Source: Tubulanus polymorphus | Lineage: Eukaryota; Animalia; Nemertea | Reading direction: 5' to 3' | DNA length: 64,000 bases | Assembly (NCBI RefSeq): GCF_964204645.1 | Contig: NC_134029.1 | Span: 20,392,950-20,456,949, forward strand | In this document: one piece after another, positions 44,367 through 57,400 of the stretch | How positions within the stretch are numbered: position 1 is the first letter of the stretch | How the letters are laid out: each line of letters begins with the position of its first letter | Program-made: the position numbers and the translations under genes | Notes under the pieces: generated by a model | What the model saw: the letters and a program-made list of their open reading frames with translations, nothing else | Told to the model about the DNA's origin: nothing | Databases searched by the model: none

Positions 44367-47300
44367 GCCGCTAAAGAAACAGCGACAATATCCGAATGAA
44401 ACCGAACACGACGACTGCCTACCGTTATAAACGTTACCAGTTCAACGCTGTGGGACAATACCCAACTATGGGTCCTCCACATTATTCTAAAGAAGAAGAA
44501 GAAGGGAGAAAATTATTCGACTCGATATTCCGCGTAAGAGCTTAGCGTAATCGCAACGAATAACCTCCACAACTCATAACTATATCGCTTTAACTTAAGT
44601 CAACTCTACCGACATACAATCACAACAGGTATTTGTATAAACGCACAAAGGATAAAACGTGAATTTGTTTGTAAATGTACGAGCCCATAATTAAGACACG
44701 CGTTATTTGTTCCGGGGGCGAGCGAAGAATTTTCGAAAAACGCTACTAAATCACGATTGGTCTACGTACCGATACATTCGCGATTTACAATTTGCGTTCA
44801 CGATTTACAGTTATTTACGAAAACACGAACCCGAACATCGACGGGAATTCGAACGTAAACGGCTCCCAATAAATATCTCGCGGCTTCGATTCTCAATTCA
44901 CTTACTACTACACCTCGAGTGTAACAACCGGCAATAGAATAGTTGCGTAAATCAACAGATGCTTTCAACACGTCGTCGGTTCACCGAGATACATTTCACG
45001 CATATTTCTTCAATTTTTCGCCGAATCAATTGACGATGAAATATCGACAACGAACTCACGGCTTCGTCGCCGAAAAAAGGCTGTACGGGTTTATTCCGAG
45101 TACGGAAATTTCTAGTCAGTTACCTGGTCCGCGGTTTAGTTTCACAATCAGATATTTTCACAAACCACATATAAGTATTGGTATAATAAGCCCATCCGAT
45201 TATAAAAGCTTACCACCATCCAACGATTAGGTAACTAACTCGGAAATTTCACGATCGCTGAATCCTTTTATTTCATTCAGTTTCGCCCTTCGCCGTTCAT
45301 CACTAAATCACGGCACTCGTATCGGCATTTTCAATAAAAGACTTCATTACGGTATCGGCACTGGGCGAGTTCGCTTGGAATCCGATTTTAAGCCCGGTCG
45401 CGACTGTCGAAGATTTATCCTCGAATCAGCGACAGATAAAATGACGTTTCTTCGATATCTCGGATAATTGTTGCCGCGCGGCGGTGTATCAAAAAAAGAG
45501 CACGGCTTGATACACGACCGAAGCTACCAGCGTACAATCGACGGTCGTACACAATACCGATCGCAAACCGGATAACACCGCGATTTTACCTGTTTAGCAA
45601 ACTGTTAAACACGAGAGCTCAGACGACAACGGAAGGTTAATGAATTCCGATCGTTGGGTCGAGTAATGTCAATACGTGCCTAACTCATAAATCTGCTGTC
45701 GACAACGTGAGCATCTCTCGACTAACGTAGAAACGAGATGTTGTTTATCGATGGTCTCAAACTTTCAAGTTCCAATTAAAAACGCGATCGAATTTCATAA
45801 GCGTAGGCGCCTCGAACGAGAGGTGGTTCGCCGCTATCGTCGCACGAAGCTGTCAGCGGCTTCCCCCGATGATGAGATGAACGCTCGTCTATACAAACGC
45901 TGTACAGGCGCTGATGTCTATAAAAAGACGTCTGCGAGACAGGAATTCGCCTAATAGAGACGAGAACGTAGGATGGTCGGAAAGAGCTGGGACGCGACGT
46001 GTGTCATACCAGCAGCACCGCGTTACAGCCGGTATGACTCAATAATTCCCCGATCTCTAAAAATGACCGATATGATGAAGAATCTAATCCATGACTAGAG
46101 AATCGAGCTTATACGTAGCATCGATCGTTTAAAGGGAGTCGTCTTTTATGACCATCAGTCATATCTATCGCGGGAATAAGCGGTCAAACTATTCTTGATT
46201 AGCTCATTTCCTTATGGTCAGTTTGCACAAGTCGGTCTATTTGGACGAGATGAAAAATCGGATATTTGCCCGGTAATAAGATTTCTGATAACAGGTAATA
46301 TTTTTGAGGTTTATTGGACGTGTCCTCCACGTTGGTCAATGGGGATCTTTGTAGATTGACTGACTGCCTGAGATAAGAGTTCAAATTCGACCAAGCGAAT
46401 GAACTTCGGAGTCGAATTGAAATGAAACACGTCGTAACCGGCTATTGAAAATTATAGCAACCAAAAATGACCGTTAGAAACTGAATTCCATCCATGACCA
46501 ATCATAGATTACTATATCAACCTTTATCAACACCTTCAACCTGAATACAGCGGTGAACGATCTTTTCAAACCCCCATATCATCAAATTGCAAAATGGCAG
46601 CACTTTCAACCACAGGAAATGAAGGTTTAGGGTCTAGAGGGTAAGGTTTATTGGACGTGTCCTCCACGTTGGTCAATGGGGATCTTTGTAGATTGACTGA
46701 CTGCCTGAGATAAGAGTTCAAATTCGACCAAGCGAATGAACTTCGGAGTCGAATTGAAATGTAACACGTCGTAACCGGCTATTGAAAATTATAGCAACCA
46801 AAAATGACAGAAACTGAATTCCATCCATGACCAATCATAGATTACTATATCAACCTTTATCAACACCTTCAACCTGAATACAGCGGTGAACGATCTTTTC
46901 AAACCCCCATATCATCAAATTGCAAAATGGCAGCACTTTCAACCACAGGAAATGAAGGTTTAGGGTCTAGAGGGTAAGGTTTGACATACGAGTTAAAAGT
47001 TGGACTACGCGTTATAATCAGGCTAGTTAAGGGTTAGGCTAATAAGACTGAGCAGAAAAATCAGTTATAAGACGCTTTCAAGGCCTCGACAGCTCAGGTG
47101 GTTAGAACGCTGCGCTACAGGATGATGGTGGCACTGGGCCTCGTATCAGAGTTGCAAAAACGATAATTATCTACAGTCATTTATCTACAGCCACGATCAG
47201 ATGAGTATTTTTGGCCCGTGCCAAATTTGGCCCGGGACAACAGTTCACACGGGTGCCAAATGAGCCCGAGCCTGTTTGGCCTGGACCGAATCGTCTCCGT

Positions 47301-50300
47301 GTGATCGCAGTTTACAACTCTGATTAGAGTCCCTGTGGATGATGGTTCTGGGGTCGATTCCCAATTTCCATTCACTGAAAATGGGAGTCAGCGAATAGAT
47401 CGCTCGAGGAATTGAGTGACTAATCTCAGTTTAATCATAACCGCGAGGATGATAACCCGAACAGTCCACAGCCATACACGACAATACCAACAACAAGAAC
47501 TTCTCCATATAACGTGGTAACCGTGCAAAGTGAAAGCCTTATATGTTGTTGTTATTTTTTCCACAGAGATTTCCATGGATAACTATGTACGATGATATAT
47601 AATTCAGGATACAGATACCAAATTCTCTCAGGGAAGCAGGAAATAGTAAACAATTGGAAACGTTGTTTACCAGTAGAACAATGTCCAAAACAATATAAAG
47701 CGGTCACAATGTTATAGTTTTACCAGTGTTTCCAGCTAGTTTTTTTTCCTGCTGCTGTTGTAACTAAATTGCATGCAATAGCTATTTTTGTACAGTGGCA
47801 GGAAACCGCTCGTGAAAATGTGTGCGGATGGTATCAAAACTCAGTTGTCAGGCCCGTGTCGAGGGGCGGTTCGGGGGTAATGAATAAACCCCCTAAAATT
47901 ATCGAAGTGCCCTTCAAAAAGTCAGTGTCAAGAAATTTAGGTCAATTTTTTTCGAAATGTAGATACAATTTTCATGTTTAAAAAAAAAATGAAAATTATC
48001 CATTCTCAAATGATTTCTGGGCACTTCGTATCTAAGATCTGCCTTTTTTCCAAAGGAAAGTGCCCGTTTTCGCGGTGAAAAAGCGCTCTTTTTCTTAGAA
48101 CTGCCCCTCAAAAAACCTCGGCACAGGCCTGGTTGTCCGGCTGATCATGCAAATTCGCGTTCGTCGTTGTTCAGAGCATTTCCACAAAGCTGGAAGTAAA
48201 AAGCAGCCGGAAACCGCTACGCGAAAACCAGACTTTCAGTATTTCAGTACGTAAATCGCCGAGGGACGAGTAAAGAAATATAGATTTAATATTTCAAAGA
48301 CGAGTAAAAAAAAAATAGAATTAGTATACAAAAAATGAAATTGTTACTTGAGTGAATCATGATGTAGTCGCAAATGCGTTGACAATGTATATGCGTTTCT
48401 ATTGGCGTATTGGACCAATAAATTATTCCTGAACTATCGCGCGACTAGTCTTTTAAGGACTCATTGTCGATTGGAAACCTGCATTCTTTATGATTAAAGA
48501 AACCTTTCAAACGAGTACTTTAATAATAACGCAGCGTTTCCCATTTTCTTAACGGCCCTATCGAATGATTTTTCATTTCACGCCCGTACATGTATACAGG
48601 TTCATATAGGCGCACTTTACACTTTCCACGCCAAAACGAATATGATTAACGAAGGCCATTTTTTCTTAAATTGCTTGAAGTACAGATATCTTCAACAACA
48701 AAAAAATAAACTAGGGCGAATGGGACAAATAGGAACAGATTTTTTCTTCCTTTTAAAAGCGCGTTTTAAAATGGAAGAATACACGGGGAAAAATGATTCA
48801 GTCAGAAGATATAACAGTAGCGCGGATTGTAAGTAAGAAGAACTTGAGCTATAGAAGCTCCTGGATCTAGCCATTTCAGCGTTTTCCATATAAGAAATAA
48901 AAGGAAAAAAAGGAAAGGAAAAAAGTGTGAAAATTGTATAGAATAGAATTATTAAGTTTTTTGGGTTGAAAATTCATGATGAAAACAAGAGGAGAGATTT
49001 TTTTTTAGATTCAAAAAGATCAAAAAGACGTTCTTAAAACATCTTTGAAAAAGTTGTTCTTAAAAAACCTTTAATAAGATGTTTTCGGCAGAATTCCAGA
49101 CGCCGTATTCATACTCCAAGTAATTGAAAAAAAAAGCCTTAGGCTCAGTTTAAGAGTAAGTACCAAGTATTGAGAGCAGGAGCTGGGTACTGAGTCTTAA
49201 ATCGTGATCAAATTTCGATTAAAACAAACATAATTGACATTCAATCAAAATGTTAATTGGTATCAATTGACATCAACGCAAACATTCGTGCAAAATAAAT
49301 CGAATAAAATCTGATTAATGCCGAAATATAAAACTAAATCATATCATCGTCGATCGCGGCGTATGATGACAGGTCACACAGGAGTAAGGAAGGACGGGTG
49401 AGGGTTCTACTGAAGGTTGGGACGGGATAAGGGAAGGAAGCACACGTGCCCTGAACGCAATAAAACATGAAACGAATAGATACTCAGCGATGCCGACTTA
49501 CCGGTTATCGGATTGGATTCTGCAGCAGCGTTTCAAGTAAATAATTCAGCGATTAATACAACAATAATGTTAGCTATACTTATCAGTGAGACTAGGAATT
49601 AGCTTAATACTAAATCATTCATATAGTCTAGAATATACACCGCACACAATACCAGGGTTCATAGTTCCCATGACCATTTTCATCTAAGCATTTGCAAGGA
49701 CTTTTCGCTTCTGATTTCAGGTATTTAATAAAATGATTTATAAGATTTCCAATTTACTTTGTGTTCATCCATCAGACTAGTGCACGAGACATCGCAATAC
49801 CATGATCTGGATATCAGTACACGATAGATGATATGTGACCCGAAGCTTGAAATTGTAATCGGGTACTGAGGCGATGCCATTCAAGGACCATGACAATGAT
49901 TGAAGGATTTTAAAGCCAATTCCACGATATTCAAGCCTTAAATTGGATCCATTCCCATTTTAAAGGACTTTTAAAACCGCTATGAACCCTGCAATACCTG
50001 CATATGTTAAATAGGTAAAAATATCCACGATCAGTTCAGAAAAAAAAAGAGACGAAAAGTTCTAGTATGAATATACAATAGAACTCATTCCGATGACTAG
50101 GGACTGCGCCCAAATATCTTCGAAATAAGTAAAATTCGAATTATGAATTATAATTCTTAGCGACACGGTTCATGGTTACATGGACCGAATATTTCATCCG
50201 AATTAGGCAAAAATCCGGATCGAGAAATCCGAATCAAGCGAGTTCAACTGAACATCCGAGTAATGTTTCAGCTAGCCTGATGTCAGTAGCCTGATGACAG

Positions 50301-50689
50301 CTATTAGCAGATAGCCAAAACATCACTCAATTCATTTATTACAAAAACGTTCATCTTTTTCTGAACTGATTGTGGAATTCTTACGTACAGTCTACAATCT
50401 GTTATCGTTGTTTATTACCGGGTAAGAATTGCTATAAACATATAAGACTAGTATTTCAACACCAACGCTAGTCATCGATCGCCCCCTGTTGGATCGAGTA
50501 AGAATTAAAACATTATTTCTATTTCATAGCCTAATCTCGGACGATAAAATCGTTAATAATTACCTGCGCTTTCTTGAGGACGAGTTTGCGTAGTTCGTCC
50601 GGTCTCGACGTGCGCCACTCCCTCGCGCTGGCCATCGCTCCCGTCGACCCCGGCCGCGTGAGATCAGGGTAACGTTTCGCGCTGTTCAT
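32475..50689 (-). CDS. SLC6/NSS Na+-dependent amino-acid/neurotransmitter transporter, unit 1
   Basis: Exons on -: 50689-50564 (MNSAKRYP...KKAQ, less certain), 43318-43157 (less certain), 40116-39906, 39349-39218, 37760-37617, 36987-36798, 36391-36259, 36094-35960, 35872-35769, 35688-35564, 34772-34528, 34075-33875, 33337-33167, then 32765 to either the stop at 32475 or donors at 32628/32541/32517. Motifs: [72 protein letters not shown]. Confidence 0.92.
33737..33845. mobile_element. Harbinger-like hairpin MITE family
   Basis: ccagttccacagttgt ... acaactgtggaactgg. Copies at ~30110-30190, ~60862-60970 and a partial at ~42587. Confidence 0.8.
34876..35253. mobile_element. MITE family with CAGGGTGGCCAC...GGCCACCCTG termini
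   Basis: Terminal inverted repeats. Related copies at ~30393-30610, ~30865-31111, ~32824-33100 and ~55735-55970. Confidence 0.75.
37365..37508. repeat. 26-bp palindromic minisatellite, ~5.5 copies
   Basis: Unit aatttgactcgggtccgagtcagccc, contiguous with no spacers. Confidence 0.92.
37984..38509. repeat. Tandem duplication of 262 bp
   Basis: 37984-38245 and 38248-38509 look identical by eye. Confidence 0.92.
39559..39808. mobile_element. Inverted pair of Penelope-like terminal fragments with hammerhead-like cores
   Basis: Arms of ~120 bp. Each reads CTGAAGA-T-GACTA...TAGTC-GAAAC-GTC-...AATAAA. Confidence 0.65.
40334..40448. mobile_element. Hairpin MITE with CAG target duplication
   Basis: ggtttatagactggtattacctttaac ... 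gttaaaggtaataccggtctataaaacc. Confidence 0.8.
44333..44367. repeat. (CAGA)n microsatellite
   Basis: About 9 units. Confidence 0.9.
46307..46982. repeat. Tandem duplication of ~335 bp
   Basis: 46307-46643 and 46644-46976, with a few differences. AGGTTT microhomology at all three junctions. Confidence 0.92.
47850..48130. mobile_element. MITE with AGGCC TIR
   Basis: aggcccgtgtcgagg ... cctcggcacaggcct. Confidence 0.6.
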
Positions 50690-53600
50690 CTACCCCTGCA
50701 AATATCACAAAAACGAATTCTAGTCCAATCCGTCGCAGTCGCACGAATACCGCGCAACGCAAGTTGTCGGTCTGGTATACAGTATTCTACTATAACCAGC
50801 GACACAAATGCCCCGAATATCGAATTTCCTCGAACAATAAATCAGCCCTAACTAATTCTACTCGCCGAAAAAAATTCCAACCTGTTTTTTTCTAAGTTCC
50901 TATCGCAATTCAAATTCACTTCATTAAGTACAAACGACGCATTCACGGGCAGGTGTTACTCTGCACCTATGATCAATCTTTTTTCGCCCGAAGTACTGTC
51001 ATGTGTCTGATACAGTTCTATCGAAAAATAGGACTCCAGGCAATTTCACTATACGAAACTTGATTTCGATGTCAACTGCGCACAAAGCCCTCTAATTGAC
51101 GACGAATAATGAACCTGCATGGATTCTATGAATTGGATATCGAAAAAAAAATTCAATACCACATCGACATGAAAAAAAAAGATCATTCACAAGCCTGTAT
51201 TAAAAACCGATCGTAAAATAGCAGTACTGAAAAACTCAAATTCAATTGATACAGATGACAGCCATGAACTTCCTCTTAATTTATTGAAATAATACTAAAC
51301 CGTAGCATCGAATGAAAAGTGCCAAATTCGCGAATAAAAAATCATGGCCCAGTTGCTCAAAGGTTGGTTAGAAATAACCAGCCGATAAATACCATAGTAA
51401 CAATGAACTTTGAATTGTCACTATGTCATCTATCCACTGGTTAACTCTAACCAACTGGCTCCAGAACTTTTCATCTTTGAAATCATTGATTTCGAGACTT
51501 ACTTTTTCAAATCTAACAACATTCGATGACGCTCGTTATTTCTGATATTACTATCAACTTCGTCATTCGTCTCCGATTGATTTCGAAATGATCTTTAGGT
51601 AGAATAATTGCCTTTTCTATGAAAGCACATGGCAACGAACCCCAGTGCCATACCCGGTGACCTTTTGTGGACAGTCAATTGACCGAGGGCAACTGACAAT
51701 CTATCTTTTCTTTATACAGTTCATTTTAGCGATAAACAAGGCACACCCGGTACTGCGTCGTCGCCGTCGTCGGTTTATTTCAAGTTCTACGACACTTTTT
51801 ATATCGCGAACGCGACCGAACATGTTACAAGTTTCTAAAAGAAATTTCAGCGCCTCGCAGTAAACTAGCCGGAGGACACAGACCTAACCGTAACAATAAA
51901 CACTTTCGTATAAAGGCATTCGGCATTGTTCGCGCGTATATCTCGATGTTCTATTGACGCTAGCGAAAACCGCGGAAAAGCCTATAATGAATGCAGCGAG
52001 ATCAGACTTGAAATGCGAAGGACTATTGTTTTGATTACGATAAAAACATATCGAAAAAAAATATCCCGCTAAGGCTAAGACAAGCCCTTACTGGAATTAC
52101 AACGATTCACAGACGGGCCTACTAGCAATCTACTGCGCTTTTACTCTCTGATTGATTTAACAAACTTTTCTGTTTTATTCGAGTTTCTCCATATTATTTA
52201 TATCTTTCTGATCTCATTCCGAACCCACATTATACGGAGAACCCTGTCTGTCCATCTTTTAATGAATTATGTAGCCAAATAAAAATTAAGTGCAAGATTC
52301 AGCAGCGGATCCAAATGCTCCCGTCGCGATTTCCCTGTGCCCTTTTGAAAATGTAATGGAAATATTTTTTTCAGGGCACTTGTTTTCCACCTGCGACTTT
52401 TAAGACAGCAGTCAGTAGCGCAAGAATTAGCGAACTCTTAAATTTCCCTCGAGTGCCTAGATATTGTATGAAAATGCACAGAAATTTCCAGACCCCAGTT
52501 TTGGCTGTGCTGATAGCTAACTTGCCCTTTTTCAGTATAGGCCCCTATATACCATTTTCATTTCTTTGAGCTCCTGTCAAAGTTTGCCCCTGGATCCACC
52601 CCTGAAATTTGCCAACACTTGGTTTTAGACATCGTGAAAATAAAACAATATTTCCTAATGAGATGCCCCCTATACTTTCATACAGAAACTACAGCCTATT
52701 TCAATTTGTTACAAATTCAATCATTCCTAGCTGCATACACCGATACCAGGTAATAGAAATTATAATTTCAAGCTGATTCAAAAGAGATTCCCACTATTTG
52801 TGGGTAAAACCTTAGGACCTAGCCTAAAAATCTACAATATTCAAGACGAGTAGAAGCATTCTAACCAAAAGATCAATATTACATTTTTAAACGTTAATCA
52901 CTGATATTATGGGTTTTTAGATGAAAGTTTTTAGAGAAAGGTCTTAGTCACTAAGCTGTCTGTGGTTTAGTTTCACGATAGGATATTTCCACCACAGGCA
53001 ACCACGGTTAGGAATGGGAAGGTCAATGAAATTTTCACAGAAGTCAATTAGACTAACTTGCTTTGCATCATTATGTTTCGAGATGCGTCTGACATTTGTT
53101 TTAATCAATGCACAACGACTTCATTGTTTTTTTGATACCTTTTGGCTTTTAACACCTCACAATTCATAAAATTGGATCAGGCCTATTTCAAAAGGTAGGC
53201 ATGTACCTACGCTAGTTTGTGAATTAAGCTAGGCTTAGTTAGCTAGGCTTAGTTAGGCCTAATTGTGGACCCAAGTCAAAAGAAGTGATTTTTATTCCAT
53301 TACTTCTTTCAACCATTTTTTGGCCCATGAATAATTTAGCAATCTAGTCAGGCTAAATAAGCTACAACTTATTTAGGTTCATATGAGGGATTCATTTAGC
53401 CACCCTCTGCACCACCACAGACCAGCGCCTAACACTTATTTATCTCTCTTGTCCTGTTATGTATTCACCACATTTGGATGCACATACATACCATACAGAC
53501 ACAGAGATACAGATGAATGAATAAGGAGCAAAAAAAGTTTGACTTTTTGGGGAAGTTTGAAAAAAAGAGTTTTCATTCACGGATTTCACAACTTTGTTTA

Positions 53601-53702
53601 CAGCTTTCAAATTTTCGTTAAAAACAGAGTCGATTTGAAAAGGTCAGCTAACTCGGCATTTAAACAGATAAACTGTCCTAAATCGGTGATAAATCAATGA
53701 AA

Positions 53703-53780
53703 ACTTACCCATTTCTAATCGATTTATTGTTAGGTAGGACTCGAGTTCTTCCTCATGTTCGATTCACATGCGCATGTGTG
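53703..53780. promoter_or_regulatory. Candidate bidirectional promoter region with a non-coding first exon of the SLC6 locus
   Basis: Minus-strand GTAAGT donor at 53703-53708. Perfect 14-bp palindrome cacatgcgcatgtg (53765-53778), NRF1-like. Lies between the divergent SLC6 and ADCK2 genes. Confidence 0.4.
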
Positions 53781-54451
53781 AGGGTTCACGGGGTTTGAAG
53801 AAGAGGGCTCATTGAATTTGAAGAGTAGATGTAACAATATGTTATAAAATCGACATCTTATTGATTTTGATCAAAAGAAAAGTTATAAAATGAATCAAAA
53901 TGTATCTGTTTCGGTGCCTGTTACGTTCAAGATTTTTTTCTTTCTTATTTATCAAAACCCCAAAACCTGGCTATGCCGTATGTGAAACAACCTCGGCTGC
54001 CTTATTTATTTCTTGTCAGATTTCCAGTTTTTGAACTTTCTTGGAACGATTCCCAAAGCTAATATCAGCGAAATCAGTTTGCATTGTGTGTCGAGATATG
54101 AGGTATTGTAAAATTGTGGTTTATTATAGTTTACGTTTTGCATACAAAAAGTAGAAGCAATTTTACGTCGGTTTTTTATTCAAATTCAATTCAAATTTGG
54201 ACGATATGATAACATCAAATGCACTTTATTGGAATGATTCATGTTTGACTGACATTATCGAATGGAAATTTACAAATCATTCGTAGATTTATCATTGCCA
54301 TCGCATATGACTGTCGTGAGACAAGAAGGCTCTAGTATAAAGCATATCAAATCAATAGGCTTTTTAGGCCTAATCATCAGTTATATATTTTACAATTGCA
54401 GAACAAGTACTATTATTTTGCAAAGAAGGCTGGCTACGATTTGCTGTCGGT

Positions 54452-57400
54452 ATGTCTCGGATATTTTCTTGCTGCGGTCGAAATATCAACCACATATCGA
54501 AAATACACGAACAGTTAGTACGAATCGGAAAAAATCCGCTATTCACGAAAAAATTGCGAAACATCATTCGCGTTAACAATAAAATCAGCAACAACAGGAT
54601 CTCTTCGAGTTTAAAACCAGTCGGCGTCTCATTGGTATTCGCGTTTCCGTTCGCCGCCAAAAACAAAAGTTATTATCCGTTTCGCGCGCATTGCAACAAC
54701 GTGCCCGAATATGAAATACCCCAGGAAGTTTTCAAACAAGAATCCTCGATCGTCGACGTCAACGGCGAGAGTATATTTTATCGAATTTGGGACGGGATAC
54801 GTCTTACGCTGCGAGCCGTACGGATTTTGTGTACTTTCGTGCCGCTTTTTAGCGTGTACCCGATTTCGCGTTTGAGCGAGCGGCTGACCGCGTGCTGGTG
54901 GCGGCTGCTCATCTACTGTATCGAACTGTCCGGACCGACGTTTATTAAACTCGGCCAGTGGGCGAGCACGCGTCGCGATTTATTCTCGCGGGAATTCTGC
55001 GATAAGATGTCGACGCTGCACCGACGCACGACTCCGCATTCGTGGTACTATACGAAACGTAAACTGAAAAAAGCGTTCGGCAATCGCTGGAAGGAGATCC
55101 TGATTAAATTCGAAGATAAAGAAAATCCAGTCGGTTCCGGTTGCGTTGCTCAGGTGGGTATTACTTCACTGCTGAAGTCAAATATTTTCATATCATAGAC
55201 AGGGGCGGATCCAGGGGTTTCACTAAAAGTTGCCGGTTAAAACCTTCAGAAAAAATTGGGATCTATCTTTCCACGATAGGAAGGTGAAAATGTGCTTTAA
55301 GCCTATGGACCCACGGAAGTATATGGTATTGATTTCACTGAAAATCGATCTACTAATCAGAAAAGTTAACTCGAAGTTCATCGAAATGTAGAAGAAATTG
55401 AAGCGCGGTAACCCAGTGCCACTAGCGATCCTGGCGGATTATCGCTGAATCCTCGCTTCCCTCAGTAGCCTTGCCGGTATCCCATTAATATGAGACTGTT
55501 AGATGTTAGATATCAGATAAAAGGTAGGTTTTAGCTTCAGACAGTGATTGGTGTTATTTTGTTTCTGTTTGAAGGTATACAAGGCCTACATACGTCCAGA
55601 GATGATCGTTGATGAAGAAGTTGCCGATGAAATTCAGAATCTAATGGAAGAAGAACTCGGCCGACCAGCAGTACATGATGGTAAGTCATATAACCAAAAC
55701 CATCCCGTGAATTGTCTAAACTTTGCTTAATCAGGGAGGCCAATAATACCCAGAATTCAGGGAAAAGTCATAAATATGAGGGAATAGGCAAAGAATTTTG
55801 TTTAAAAAAGCTATAAATCAGGAAGTTTTGTTGAGATAGCCTGTATATTCAAACGATTTCCGTCTATATCTTACATATTTACTTGTGTTGATTGGTTGTA
55901 GTCTCAGTAGGTAAAGTCGGGAAAAACAACTTGATGTCAGGGAAAAAAGCGAGTGAAATAAAGTAGCTAACCAGTTCATTAATTTTGATCTATTTATGTT
56001 ATTGTTCTAGGGATCGAAATCTTGGGATTCGGTCGTTTGATCAGTAAAATCTTTCCCACGACTACTTATGAAATGGACAAATATCCCGATGACAAAACGG
56101 CAGGAACTGGTCGCTTTAAAACCAGTAAGTTTTGATCGTCTTTCATTGCCTTATCCCTGTATTATAGGATACCATGCGATACAGTGTACTGTTTATCTTC
56201 AGAAAATCCAGAAGTTGAAAATGAAGCTCCCGAACAGCCTGCTGAGACTGTTGATGTCGATGAAAACGAAGGTCTAGTCCCTGTTGCTGTGAAGGTACTG
56301 TATAAGCAGCTCTTTCCAGACTAATGGCACAGGATTTAGGGATGGAAATTGCATGTCATGAAAACGATGAATTTGACTTGATATTCATCCTCATTGAAAT
56401 TGCATCCTTTCAGGTTTATTTCTTCAAAAATATCTAATACCGAGGGCGGGACCCGATGGTGGCCATTAACACGGCTGCTTTATCCGAGAAATACCCTTTC
56501 TTTTCTTCTGGACCCCTGCCTTCTAATTATTCTAGTTCTGTCCCTATGGCGACTAAGTCAAAAATCTTCAAACCAAGCCCACTGATAATTATAAAAGTGA
56601 TTGATGAAAGCAGTGTTTATATTATTAGGTTTTGCATCCAGGAATCTACAGAGCGACAGTTCGTGATTTACAGATTATGAAAGCAATAGCAAACATAGCA
56701 CAGTTTCTAATACCGAAATTGAAATGGTTGAGTTTACCGGAATGCGTCCAAGAATTCTCAGATTTAATGATGAAACAGGTACGAACAAAATTATAGATAG
56801 CGTTTAGTATGTATACGTGTATAATCTGTCTTAAAAAAAGGTATTCCAAAATACTTGCTGCAGAAACCTCTGTGATGTAAGAGGTGTTTCATCGATTTTA
56901 CATTGCTGTCTGGAATAGAATTTGAGAGATTTTCTACGCCGCTTCCATACTTTTCTAGCTACTTCATAGAAAAGATTTAGTATGACCAATAAAAACTTCT
57001 CACTTTTCACTAAAAATTTCAATACCCGGTAAGTGCCTTAAACTTTTGGTGCCTGTATAAACACCAAACGTTGTTAAAACATTTTGCATTATTTGCTTTT
57101 TGGACTTTGACAATTTATGTTGTGGATTACGACGAGGGTCACATCTTGGCCACATGTGTTCTAAGATGTGACACTTTTACCTTACAAAATAGCTTTAGAA
57201 GTACTTAATTTCACGATCAAAAAGTATTTACTTTTGTCTCTGCCTTAACTGCTATGAACCCTGTTTAATCACCTATATTTTGGTCGTGATATTGTAAATT
57301 GTATATTTTGCAGATCGATTTACGCTGCGAGGCGCGGAATTTAGACCGATTCAACGAGTTGTTCGCCGATGTATCGAACGTTCGGTTTCCTCACCCGATC

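Noticed and set aside
49502-49519. 18-nt microexon between cag and gtaagt on -
   Set aside because: It contains an in-frame TAA in phase 0 and has no other support.
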